A DNA stretch of 20,000 nt from an uncultured virus (IMG/VR IMGVR_UViG_3300008119_000025) (IMGVR_UViG_3300008119_000025); one strand, 5' to 3'; positions 1 through 8,546 are shown, numbered from the stretch's first letter. Program-made: numbers and translations. Notes: a model not told the origin generated them from the letters alone.

Positions 1-74
1 CATAACTTTTATTTTTTATTATTTATTAAATACAAGGTTTATTCTATTAGGATCCTAGCAATTGCTAAACTTTT

Positions 75-275
75 TTAAAAAGAATTTGATACTGTATATG
101 GCACACTAATATCAAAGTAAAACCATCGACCAAATATTGGATCTGAGAATACAGCCAATGTTACATTGTCATTTTCTTGTTTGAAGTATTCAAAACAAAG
201 TTGCTTGTACATTTGGCCGAACTCCGTAGTTATATCATATAACTCAGCCTTCTTTAATTTTTCAATTGCTTTCAT
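75..275 (-). CDS. hypothetical protein (66 aa)
   Basis: ORF with AAAGTT-ATG start context and upstream repeat at 306-324. Confidence 0.8.
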   Translation of the reverse strand: MKAIEKLKKAELYDITTEFGQMYKQLCFEYFKQENDNVTLAVFSDPIFGRWFYFDISVPYTVSNSF

Positions 276-348
276 AACTTTTATTTTTAAATTTATATCT
301 TTTTATTATGCTCAAATATACGAATAATACCTTAAACAAGATATTCCT

Positions 349-612
349 TTATTTATTAAAATACATATCAACATTTCTACTCATCCCCATCCCCCAACCA
401 CTATGTCCCTCTACAAATTCAATATTATTTTTACTTAATATGTTTTTACACTTTACCCAATTCACTTTACTTCCAATCTTATAATCTCTATAAATCCTAA
501 AACTTTCTTTACCACCCCACAATCCCATATAACATAATTTTAAACCATTACCACAATTATTAAACATCACCTTTAATTCCTCTAATTTTTTTATTACATT
601 TTTTTCTTCCAT
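349..612 (-). CDS. hypothetical protein (87 aa)
   Basis: AAAGGTT-ATG start, upstream repeat at 661; stop abuts the next repeat. Confidence 0.8.
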   Translation of the reverse strand: MEEKNVIKKLEELKVMFNNCGNGLKLCYMGLWGGKESFRIYRDYKIGSKVNWVKCKNILSKNNIEFVEGHSGWGMGMSRNVDMYFNK

Positions 613-625
613 AACCTTTATTTTT

Positions 626-657
626 TTAAAAGTAAAACCATTTCGTTTTACTTGCTT
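626..657 (-). repeat. 32-bp leader hairpin, copy 1 (identical to 12019-12050)
   Basis: ttaaaagtaaaaccatttcgttttacttgctt; 9-bp stem AAGTAAAAC/GTTTTACTT between promoter core and start codon. Confidence 0.85.
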
Positions 658-822
658 TAATTATACTGGAATATACGAACTACGTTTTATATCGCTTGGT
701 CCGCGCTTAATCTTAATTTATTTAACACAATAAAAAACCTTACCTAACAGACGATCTTAATGGGTATTTCGGGGTTTCTGGTTTGTAAGGAGGCTACTAT
801 AAACCCTTGTTCACCAATAGTT

Positions 823-1017
823 CTACTTAAATAATACTACCAATTGCTCAGCTGCTGAAGTATTTTTAATTACTAACTCCTCAAATGAATAACTGGAACT
901 TGCCTCAAATGCTATTTTAACATTATTGTCCCACACTTTGTTTCGCTTGTTTTTCTTTTCAATCCAGTATAAATCTTTTACTAATTGTTCTTTGCGGATT
1001 GTAGCTTCTCTTTTCAT
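823..1017 (-). CDS. hypothetical protein (64 aa)
   Basis: AAAGGTT-ATG start, upstream repeat at ~1056-1074. Confidence 0.75.
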   Translation of the reverse strand: MKREATIRKEQLVKDLYWIEKKNKRNKVWDNNVKIAFEASSSYSFEELVIKNTSAAEQLVVLFK

Positions 1018-1089
1018 AACCTTTAATTTTAAATTATTAATATTGCTTTTCTTATTTATACTGAAATATACGAATTAACTTTACATTAT

Positions 1090-1395
1090 TTACATCCCTA
1101 CTTGAGCAAATAATACGTTAGTTACATCGTCTGAGATTTCAACTAATGTATCCGCTATGATAGTTTTACCTGACATGTCATTCAATGATTTCAATCTATC
1201 TTGCTCAGCCATTACCTCACTTGATGTTAATGTTGTTTCATAAGAGCATAGGCGTGTTGATATGGTTTTATGATTTGTTTTACTGTATTCAATGTTGTCC
1301 TGAGTTATGTAAGCATATTTCAATACAATTGTATTTTCTTTTCTGCATGAAATTAAACTCATTCCTATTAACCCTATCAATACTATCTTTTTCAT
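1090..1395 (-). CDS. putative lipoprotein (101 aa)
   Basis: MKK, hydrophobic stretch and LISC lipobox; upstream repeat. Confidence 0.75.
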   Translation of the reverse strand: MKKIVLIGLIGMSLISCRKENTIVLKYAYITQDNIEYSKTNHKTISTRLCSYETTLTSSEVMAEQDRLKSLNDMSGKTIIADTLVEISDDVTNVLFAQVGM

Positions 1396-1438
1396 AACCT
1401 TTTTATTTGCTGAAATATACGATTTTACTTTACATTAT

Positions 1439-1597
1439 TTACATCCCAACTGGATTCATTCTATTGAATTGATGAAAGTATTTAACCACATCCATTCGTT
1501 TATATTTTTTGATTGCTTTATCTAATGTACCTCCTGATTTGAAGAATAAGTAGACATGATAATACATTGCCCAATATTCGCTTGTATCTGCTTTCAT
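1439..1597 (-). CDS. small hypothetical protein (52 aa, MKADTSEYW...NPVGM)
   Basis: Hand-translated; AAAGGTT-ATG start, upstream repeat at ~1627-1645. Confidence 0.7.
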   Translation of the reverse strand: MKADTSEYWAMYYHVYLFFKSGGTLDKAIKKYKRMDVVKYFHQFNRMNPVGM

Positions 1598-2166
1598 AAC
1601 CTTTATTTTTAATTTATATCTCTTAATTATGCTTGAATATACGAATTGAATCTACAGTAACAGTGTCCCTGGAAACTAAGGTAGCCTATACGAGTTGTAT
1701 AAGCTTAATTTTACAGTATATTAACCTATGCATTAAAATGGCATTGTGGTTTATATTTGAATTGTTTTAATTTATTTAACTATCACTACTTGATCCCTCT
1801 TCCCAGATCCCTCATCTCCCTCCTCCCTGGCGTCTCCATAAATCGTAAGTGGAACTTATGGCCTCCCTGTTGCGGCGATTGGTTACGGTCATTCATGTTT
1901 CGGTCGTTCGTGAATGGTGTTTAATAAGTTAATTCAATTCTCCAATTCGCTACGTTTAGCTATAATCGTGGATAGGGCTTCGGATGGTCTTTCATCTCTT
2001 ATTTCCCGCCTGTCTCCGCAACTTCCGGTATATTTCGTTTATTTCTATTGGGCTATGCTCGTTGTGTCTCTACGTGCTGTGGCAACATTTACCCGATTTC
2101 CATTAACTGAAATGCACCCTGGTGCGGCTATACATATGTGGCTCCCCTATTAAAGTCGCGTTTCCT

Positions 2167-2206
2167 AAAAAAACCTTGTCACCCCTCGTAGCGAGGGGAT
2201 CCAAGG
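2167..2206 (-). terminator. intrinsic terminator
   Basis: Minus strand CCTTGGATCCCCTCG-CTA-CGAGGGGTGACAAGG followed by T7. Confidence 0.8.
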
Positions 2207-2373
2207 AAAATTACTGGTTATGAAGCAGTATATCTTAGTTGTTATTCAGCGCTTACTTATTGCCAATCGCCACCATCTGTGATTCTCAATTGGTATGCGT
2301 TTAAATCGCCTCATTTGGGCCTGAAATAACATTTATGTCGTTAATGTTCTATTCGGTAATGAACATTTTATTG

Positions 2374-2488
2374 TAGTCAGGACAGGACTCGAACCTGTTC
2401 GATTTCACCGTAGGACGTAACGAGACTGCTACTTTCCGAGTGTTACTATATCCCCTCACCTCTGCGTCTACCCATCCGCCACCTGACT
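2374..2488 (-). ncRNA. tRNA-like RNA with expanded anticodon region (115 nt)
   Basis: Acceptor AGTCAGG/CCTGACT+A, D-arm TGGCGGATGGGTAGACGC, T-arm ACAGG-TTCGAGT-CCTGT; ~65 nt between D and T arms with no canonical 7-nt anticodon loop; own promoter repeat at ~2504-2522. Confidence 0.8.
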
Positions 2489-2548
2489 ATATTATCTTTT
2501 TATTATACCTGGAATATACGAACGTTTTATCGGTAATCCACTTCCTGT

Positions 2549-2767
2549 TTACTCATTTGTTAATACTATTTTCCATGTGGAAGGTACCGGAGATACCGTA
2601 GAGATATTAATAACATTAGGTAATCCAGTATCCAAATACGTTCCTGATATTACACGTTCTCCGACGTTGAAGGCTATTATTATTCGTTCATCTTCCGTTA
2701 TGAACAATTTACCTTCCGCGGGTGGGGTGTGTTGTTCCTCGGTGCTTATTATTTTTACCTTTGCCAT
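2549..2767 (-). CDS. hypothetical protein (72 aa)
   Basis: ORF between two copies of the repeat. Confidence 0.75.
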   Translation of the reverse strand: MAKVKIISTEEQHTPPAEGKLFITEDERIIIAFNVGERVISGTYLDTGLPNVINISTVSPVPSTWKIVLTNE

Positions 2768-2834
2768 GATCTTATTTTATGCTTTAATATACGAATTTAT
2801 TTTTTAATCTCCTAATTTTTCGTTAATAGCCTAT

Positions 2835-3120
2835 GGGGTTGGGAGGCGCGAAGATGGCGGGAGATCGGTGGGGGGCGTGGAAAGTATATATTTTTGGAAG
2901 TTGTTAAAAGGCCGTGCCTCCGCGCGCGAGATGTGTTAGACCCCGTGCCCTTCCGCCACTCCCTCCCGTCCCCCATTGCTCACACGCTCCCCGTCCTCCG
3001 TTTCCCTCACTTACCTTGCTTACCTCCCTATGTACCTTACGTACCTTCCTATAGCCTCTTTACTTACCTTGCTTACCTACTCCACCAATTTACTTACCAC
3101 TTGCTTACCTAACTTACCTT
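2835..3120. repeat. GC-rich non-coding block: G-tracts, then C-tracts, then TACC/ACTTACC iterons
   Basis: G-runs 2835-2880, C-runs 2941-3006; acttaccttgcttacct at 3009-3025 and 3062-3078; nine TACC between 3012 and 3118. Confidence 0.75.
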
Positions 3121-3289
3121 CCTCACCCTATCTGCACCACATGTTAACTTTTTGTTGCTCACACTTTGGCACCATCCTGTTGCCCTTATATCCATGTTTT
3201 TATCGGCAATAAACATTTTAATTTATTCTATTCATTTTATCAATAATCATTTACTCTCTATTGATTTTATCAATAGTACCTTAATTCAT

Positions 3290-3535
3290 TTATTGATTCC
3301 CCTCATTCATATTATCCAGCAATTGATTGGTTAACAACTCAATTGTATCATCACTTCCCCGCCTATATGCTTTATCAATCAACTCCATATGTTGCTCATT
3401 TTCCATCTCCAATGCTCTATCAATGGTGTATTGATTATAATGTGGGGATGTTTCATCCAATTGTAGATGCTCTATTAACCATTTTACCGCTGTAGGGGAC
3501 TTGATTGGTTGATTGTTATTATTGGTGTTGGTCAT
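3290..3535 (-). CDS. hypothetical protein, TAV(K/E)WL family (paralog of 14263-14484)
   Basis: TAVKWLIE...RALEMENEQ aligns with TAVEWLVE...RAKEMEKQQ. Confidence 0.7.
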   Translation of the reverse strand: MTNTNNNNQPIKSPTAVKWLIEHLQLDETSPHYNQYTIDRALEMENEQHMELIDKAYRRGSDDTIELLTNQLLDNMNEGNQ

Positions 3536-3648
3536 GATTTGTTTTGTGTTTGGTGTTGTGTACCTGGATTTAATTATTATTATTCCTATCTTATCTCTAT
3601 TTTATCTCTTCCCCCCCACATCGTATCTCTATTATGTAGGGCTTCTGT

Positions 3649-3759
3649 TTAAGATTTACTATACACTAGCCAAATCCCAATTATTTGCTTTCCAGTTAAT
3701 TCGTATGGTGCTGTTGTACCATCACTAAAAGCATACATGTAATAATCTAATTCTTTCAT
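3649..3759 (-). CDS. small hypothetical protein (36 aa)
   Basis: Hand-translated MKELDYYMY...; AAAGGTT-ATG start and upstream repeat. Confidence 0.6.
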   Translation of the reverse strand: MKELDYYMYAFSDGTTAPYELTGKQIIGIWLVYSKS

Positions 3760-3815
3760 AACCTTTATTTATTTAATTATTATGCTTGAATATACGGAAT
3801 ATATTTGGAGATTTA

Positions 3816-4055
3816 TTATCCTAATTTCCAACCTGTACCTTTCTCATTTATTAATACTACCGTGTCAGGGTAAGGAAAACTATCATTATCATCAAATTCA
3901 ATCAAATCTATAGTTAATCTTTCACTAAATGAATCATAATGAACTATATATCCATCAAATTCAATTTTATTAATAGCATTTTGAGTTAATCTAAAACCTG
4001 TTTCATTGAAATAAGCAGTAGCATAAATGTTTAATAATTGTTCATCTGTATACAT
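3816..4055 (-). CDS. hypothetical protein (79 aa)
   Basis: Start context and upstream repeat. Confidence 0.8.
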   Translation of the reverse strand: MYTDEQLLNIYATAYFNETGFRLTQNAINKIEFDGYIVHYDSFSERLTIDLIEFDDNDSFPYPDTVVLINEKGTGWKLG

Positions 4056-4126
4056 AACCTTTATTTTTTAAATTTAACTTATATCTTTTTATTATACTTG
4101 AATATACGAATGATTGTTTAATTATT

Positions 4127-4324
4127 TTATTCCCCTGTAGATTGAATTATTTTCTTTTCATTCACTAATTCCTCTATATCTTCTAGGGAAGCACTCATGA
4201 TTAATTGCCTTAACATTTGTTGTTCCATCCCCACTTCATTAATGATGTGTTCCATTTGTTCTCCTGTTACCTCAATTTCATCTAATAATGAAATAATTGC
4301 ATCTATAATTTTATCTTTATTCAT
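4127..4324 (-). CDS. acidic hypothetical protein (65 aa; start revised to MNKDK)
   Basis: The track ORF start at 4402 runs through the promoter repeat; AAAGGTT-ATG at 4324. Confidence 0.75.
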   Translation of the reverse strand: MNKDKIIDAIISLLDEIEVTGEQMEHIINEVGMEQQMLRQLIMSASLEDIEELVNEKKIIQSTGE

Positions 4325-4388
4325 AACCTTTATTTTTAAATTTATACTTAAATATACGAATGATCTTTTATTTATCTTGGTCCTTATA

Positions 4389-4727
4389 TTACCATAATTC
4401 AATCTTATAATCTGTTTTTTCTATTTCCTTAGATAATTTCTTTAACTTATCATTGAAATTCTCATCTGTGTACCACTTCCATCTCTTACCACGTTGTGTA
4501 TCAAACCAATATACATCCTTCGGTACTACGTATGTCTCAATGTGATGCTTATATGTTTGATGCCCACACGTTGCTCGATTGATTTCATACTTCTTTTTAG
4601 ATCCATCCTGGTTGGTTACTGTGATAATCACTCGCTTGAAGTCATATACCTTCTCGCCTTCGATCTCTCTATAACACATATCACCTCTTTGTGATGTTAA
4701 TGCTACTAAATCAATTTTTTCTTTCAT
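4389..4727 (-). CDS. hypothetical protein (112 aa)
   Basis: Start context and upstream repeat. Confidence 0.8.
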   Translation of the reverse strand: MKEKIDLVALTSQRGDMCYREIEGEKVYDFKRVIITVTNQDGSKKKYEINRATCGHQTYKHHIETYVVPKDVYWFDTQRGKRWKWYTDENFNDKLKKLSKEIEKTDYKIELW

Positions 4728-4777
4728 AACCTTTATTTTTAATTACCTTATTTATACTGGAATATACGAATTAAATT

Positions 4778-4951
4778 TTATTTATTTTTATCCTTATTTA
4801 ATTCATCTGATATTGCTATTGTGATTTCATTAGCACCTTCAAATACTTTGTTTAATTTGTAAATGTTAGGATGAAACTCATCAACTAATCTATTTAGTTG
4901 TTCTAAGAATTTTCTTAATTGTTCCGGATTGTTTTCTTCAAATTTGCTCAT
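4778..4951 (-). CDS. small hypothetical protein (57 aa)
   Basis: Hand-translated MSKFEENNPEQL...; tail reads into the downstream repeat. Confidence 0.7.
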   Translation of the reverse strand: MSKFEENNPEQLRKFLEQLNRLVDEFHPNIYKLNKVFEGANEITIAISDELNKDKNK

Positions 4952-5001
4952 AACTTTTTATTTTTAATTTATATTTTTTCTTATACTTTAAATATACGAA
5001 T

Positions 5002-5028
5002 AAAAAATGGAGATAATATTACCTCCAT
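5002..5028 (-). terminator. intrinsic terminator embedded in promoter spacer
   Basis: AATGGAGGTAAT-ATTATCTCCATT followed by a T-run. Confidence 0.65.
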
Positions 5029-5034
5029 TGAATT

Positions 5035-5385
5035 TTATTTTACTATTCTTAATAATGATACATCAATCCCAAATTTATCTGCTATTTCTTCCATAGTTAA
5101 TTCCTTTATATCTACCGGGCGTTTCCAAATGCAATTTAATTTGCTTGTATCAAATGTACCAAAATTCATAATAAAAGGAGCATTATATATTTTAACTATA
5201 TCACTTTCAGGGTAACATGAATATAGATTATCATCGAATGAATCAAGTGGTTTCCATGTATTTATATTTTCATTTCCACCTGCTCCTCCAATAATATCAC
5301 CATTAGTTGTATTTAATAATACAATCCCTAATTTTCTGTTTCTTGTTTCAACAATCATTCCTGATCTTAAATCTTCTTTTTTCAT
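5035..5385 (-). CDS. hypothetical phage protein (116 aa)
   Basis: ORF with upstream repeat; no confident domain. Confidence 0.8.
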   Translation of the reverse strand: MKKEDLRSGMIVETRNRKLGIVLLNTTNGDIIGGAGGNENINTWKPLDSFDDNLYSCYPESDIVKIYNAPFIMNFGTFDTSKLNCIWKRPVDIKELTMEEIADKFGIDVSLLRIVK

Positions 5386-5465
5386 AGCTTTTTATTTTTT
5401 TAATATGCTTAAATATACGAATTTATTTATTAATCTTTTTATCCTCTATTGAAATTATTATAATG

Positions 5466-5867
5466 TTATTGTGTTACTTTTTCAAATACAAAATCACTAA
5501 CGAAATAACCTCCATTCCTTTGATCGTTAGCTAAATCATCTAACCATTTAACTGAAATAATATCTCCACCTGTATAATCAAATTCAACCTCAACTCTAGC
5601 CCCAAATTGAGCTGCGTAATATGAGTTATTTTTTCTAATATAAACACCTTTAGTTCCAGCTGGTATGATTATTTCTTCATCTTTATCTTCCCATCCCTTA
5701 ATGTTTGTTTCAGTACTCCAATCAATCACATCATCAACTTCTTCCTCTTCTCCTCTATATTCACCTTCTGCAACTAATTGAATTGCTTCCTCTAATGATT
5801 CTGCTTCAACATTATATTGCAATGTTTTGATTGATTGTACTTTTGAAGTAATAATAAAATTTTTCAT
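5466..5867 (-). CDS. acidic hypothetical protein (133 aa)
   Basis: Start context and upstream repeat. Confidence 0.8.
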   Translation of the reverse strand: MKNFIITSKVQSIKTLQYNVEAESLEEAIQLVAEGEYRGEEEEVDDVIDWSTETNIKGWEDKDEEIIIPAGTKGVYIRKNNSYYAAQFGARVEVEFDYTGGDIISVKWLDDLANDQRNGGYFVSDFVFEKVTQ

Positions 5868-5912
5868 AACCTTTATTTTTTAAATTTATACTGGAATATA
5901 CGAATTTATTTA

Positions 5913-6269
5913 TTAATCTTGTTGTCCTTCAATAATGTATTCATCTTCTTCCCCAAAATAAGCAATTTGAGTTGACATATATGGGTAACCGTGATCAGCC
6001 CATTCCATTGATACAATACCTAATGGACAATCAGGTCCTCCACCCGTATCACAAATCATATCAACTTCGATATAACCTTTTTTTACCCCACGTACATATT
6101 TTGAAATATGAACGAACCATCTTGGATTTTCATCCCAATTATACCAATCAATTGAACTGATTATGTACTCATATTCCATAACATTTTCACCCATCTCTTC
6201 TAAATGAGAATAAATATCAGTGTTTAGGTAACTTAATTGTGTTTGTGAAGGTCTAAAATCTTTTCTCAT
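5913..6269 (-). CDS. hypothetical protein (118 aa)
   Basis: Upstream repeat; C-terminal EGQQD is encoded by the next repeat. Confidence 0.8.
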   Translation of the reverse strand: MRKDFRPSQTQLSYLNTDIYSHLEEMGENVMEYEYIISSIDWYNWDENPRWFVHISKYVRGVKKGYIEVDMICDTGGGPDCPLGIVSMEWADHGYPYMSTQIAYFGEEDEYIIEGQQD

Positions 6270-6349
6270 AACTTTAATTTTTTAAATTTAACTTATATCT
6301 TTTTATTATACCTGGAATATACGAAATTGATTTATATTATCTTGTGCCT

Positions 6350-6547
6350 TTATAATTTCTCTATTTCTTGCCTTACTTCATCCCAATAACTCCCAGCTAT
6401 CTCATCTTCAGTATACCTTCCCATATCAATTCCCCAATTTATAATTTCATTAACTGCTACTAATGCTGATTGTTTTGCATTATCACATTCCCTACATCTA
6501 AAATTGAATTTTTCAATTAAATCTAATGCTTTTTCTCTTGCATCCAT
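6350..6547 (-). CDS. hypothetical protein (paralog of 6805-7014)
   Basis: EKALDLIEKF...ALVAVNEII...WDEVRQEIEKL. Confidence 0.8.
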   Translation of the reverse strand: MDAREKALDLIEKFNFRCRECDNAKQSALVAVNEIINWGIDMGRYTEDEIAGSYWDEVRQEIEKL

Positions 6548-6552
6548 AACCT

Positions 6553-6693
6553 TTATTTTTTATTGTTAATATGCTTAATTATTTCTATTGCTTGATTCTC
6601 AAATACCCATCCATCTCTATCATCATCAATTAAATCCCCAATGTAATACATGTTATCATAACAAATCAAATCATTTAATGTTATCCGTTTCAT
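6553..6693 (-). CDS. small hypothetical protein (46 aa)
   Basis: Hand-translated MKRITLNDLIC...; upstream repeat at ~6711. Confidence 0.65.
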   Translation of the reverse strand: MKRITLNDLICYDNMYYIGDLIDDDRDGWVFENQAIEIIKHINNKK

Positions 6694-6804
6694 AACTCTC
6701 ATTTTTTTAATTATACTGAAATATACGATTTTAATTTATAGTAAAATTGGCCTAATTAACTATTAAGTTAATTCTACGGACTGGATTTATATTATCTTGT
6801 GCCT

Positions 6805-7014
6805 CTATAAATTTTCTATTTCACGTTTAACTTCTGTCCAAAAGTTAAATCGCTCTCTATCCCATGTACTATTATCTTCTCCACTCCATTTATAGCACTC
6901 TTCGATAATTTCCTCTACTGCTATTAAAGCAGCAACTTTCCCTCCAGTTACTGTTAATAAACATTCATTTGAAAACTTTTCAACTAACTCTATTGCTTTA
7001 TCCTTTGCGCTCAT
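6805..7014 (-). CDS. hypothetical protein (paralog of 6350-6547)
   Basis: DKAIELVEKF...ALIAVEEII...WTEVKREIENL. Confidence 0.8.
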   Translation of the reverse strand: MSAKDKAIELVEKFSNECLLTVTGGKVAALIAVEEIIEECYKWSGEDNSTWDRERFNFWTEVKREIENL

Positions 7015-7163
7015 AATATCTATCTTTAATTATACTTGAATATACGGATTCATCGGTAATAAACGTTGTCCCTAATTAAATGAATAAACAAATTATGTAA
7101 AGTATAATTAGGGGAAACATGATATAAACTGTTGTTTTAGCAAAGAAATTTAACTTATCCATA

Positions 7164-7499
7164 TTAATTAACTTTAATTTTTCTATCAAAAAATAACTCT
7201 AACAATTCATTCTCACAATTCAATAAAAAATTACCTTTTGATTTTATTTCAGCAATCTCCAATATATGTAATATACTTGTTGCTCTTAGTAATTTGTTTA
7301 AAGCTAAATGTTGAAAATCCAATATACTATCTATTTCATCATTCAATAAATCTCCACTTCCATAATCACCTATCTCATAACATGATTGTTGCTCTAATCT
7401 TGTTATGTCAAGTAATTCTTTAGTGTGTTTTTGGATGTGATTGATGATTCGTCGTTGACCTTCAATTGAGCATACCTCGATTTTATTTTTTGTTTCCAT
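7164..7499 (-). CDS. hypothetical protein (111 aa)
   Basis: Start context and upstream repeat. Confidence 0.8.
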   Translation of the reverse strand: METKNKIEVCSIEGQRRIINHIQKHTKELLDITRLEQQSCYEIGDYGSGDLLNDEIDSILDFQHLALNKLLRATSILHILEIAEIKSKGNFLLNCENELLELFFDRKIKVN

Positions 7500-7557
7500 A
7501 ACCTTTATTTTTAAATTTATACTGGAATATACGAATAAATTTGTAATAATCTTTGTC

Positions 7558-7728
7558 CTATTTTATTAGTTTATCTAATTCTCTTCTCCAAGCCTTTAAG
7601 AATAGTTCTTTATTAGTTATTACTATTTTATTAGGAATTGTATTATCTCGTTCCAATGTGTTTAATAATTCATTAAATAAATTAGCTACTTGGGATAATT
7701 TATCATCTCTATCAATTTTTTCTCTCAT
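7558..7728 (-). CDS. small hypothetical protein (56 aa)
   Basis: Hand-translated MREKIDRDDK...; TAG stop overlaps the AGGAC box. Confidence 0.7.
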   Translation of the reverse strand: MREKIDRDDKLSQVANLFNELLNTLERDNTIPNKIVITNKELFLKAWRRELDKLIK

Positions 7729-7849
7729 AACCTTTATTTATTTAATTATTAATATGCTGGAATATACGATTTTACTTGTAAGTAAAATTGGCCTAATTAA
7801 AATTCATTTTAATTCTACGAATTCATCGTTAATAATCAGTGTCCTCTAA

Positions 7850-8209
7850 TTAATACATTTGACTCACCTCCTCATTGATTCCATAATCAATTAGAATATG
7901 TTTTCCATTTTCATCCATCCCCCAATTTTGTGTTTTATATAAATCGCAATTGATAATATTCATTTCATCAATATTATTTTTAATTTTGAATACATCCAAA
8001 TGATGAACTAGATTAACTGGTTCATATCGTTTCATATAAACGATACCTAATTTTTCCCATTTTAATTCGCCTAATAAACCTAAATGCTTATACTTGTCCC
8101 ATATCATTTTTTCATTCTTACCTTGTAAATAGCCTCGGTATGAAACAGGTATTTTAATTACAAATGTTTTAAATAATAAAACAATCCGAGTTGATATTTT
8201 TATTTTCAT
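7850..8209 (-). CDS. minimal protein-kinase-like fold protein (119 aa)
   Basis: VIKIP (beta3 Lys), downstream Glu, DLYKTQN (catalytic-loop-like D..N), LIDYG (DFG-like). Confidence 0.55.
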   Translation of the reverse strand: MKIKISTRIVLLFKTFVIKIPVSYRGYLQGKNEKMIWDKYKHLGLLGELKWEKLGIVYMKRYEPVNLVHHLDVFKIKNNIDEMNIINCDLYKTQNWGMDENGKHILIDYGINEEVSQMY

Positions 8210-8424
8210 AATATCTCTCTATCCCCAGCATTTGATTTTATCTCCTCACACAACAATGTTTTAGTGGTAGGTTTATCAGCATCCAGTTTCATTAATATTA
8301 CATCTGCTGTTTTAATAGCCATGTCGGTAATATACTTTATGTTAGGTATGTTTCTTGAGCCTGTGTTTGTTATGTAGGCTTGCATTGCAGCTAATACGAA
8401 TTGCTCTCTTCTGTTTAATTCCAT
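8206..8424 (-). CDS. hypothetical protein (72 aa)
   Basis: ATGA overlap with the next gene; REQFVLAAMQAY motif. Confidence 0.75.
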   Translation of the reverse strand: MELNRREQFVLAAMQAYITNTGSRNIPNIKYITDMAIKTADVILMKLDADKPTTKTLLCEEIKSNAGDREIL

Positions 8425-8431
8425 TTTAATT

Positions 8432-8524
8432 TTAATTTAAGTAAACAATACATTCTAAATCTTCTAAAATAGTACTTCCTACTATTAAATCTACCTCTGC
8501 GTATTCTTGTAAATAATTTTTCAT
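8432..8524 (-). CDS. small hypothetical protein (30 aa)
   Basis: AAAAATAAAGGTC-ATG start; fills the gap between genes. Confidence 0.5.
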   Translation of the reverse strand: MKNYLQEYAEVDLIVGSTILEDLECIVYLN

Positions 8525-8546
8525 GACCTTTATTTTTAAATATTGA

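Noticed and set aside
2374..2488. tmRNA or selenocysteine tRNA
   Set aside because: It has a full D-arm, no tag ORF and is too short for tmRNA; no UCA anticodon loop and only a 7-bp acceptor stem.
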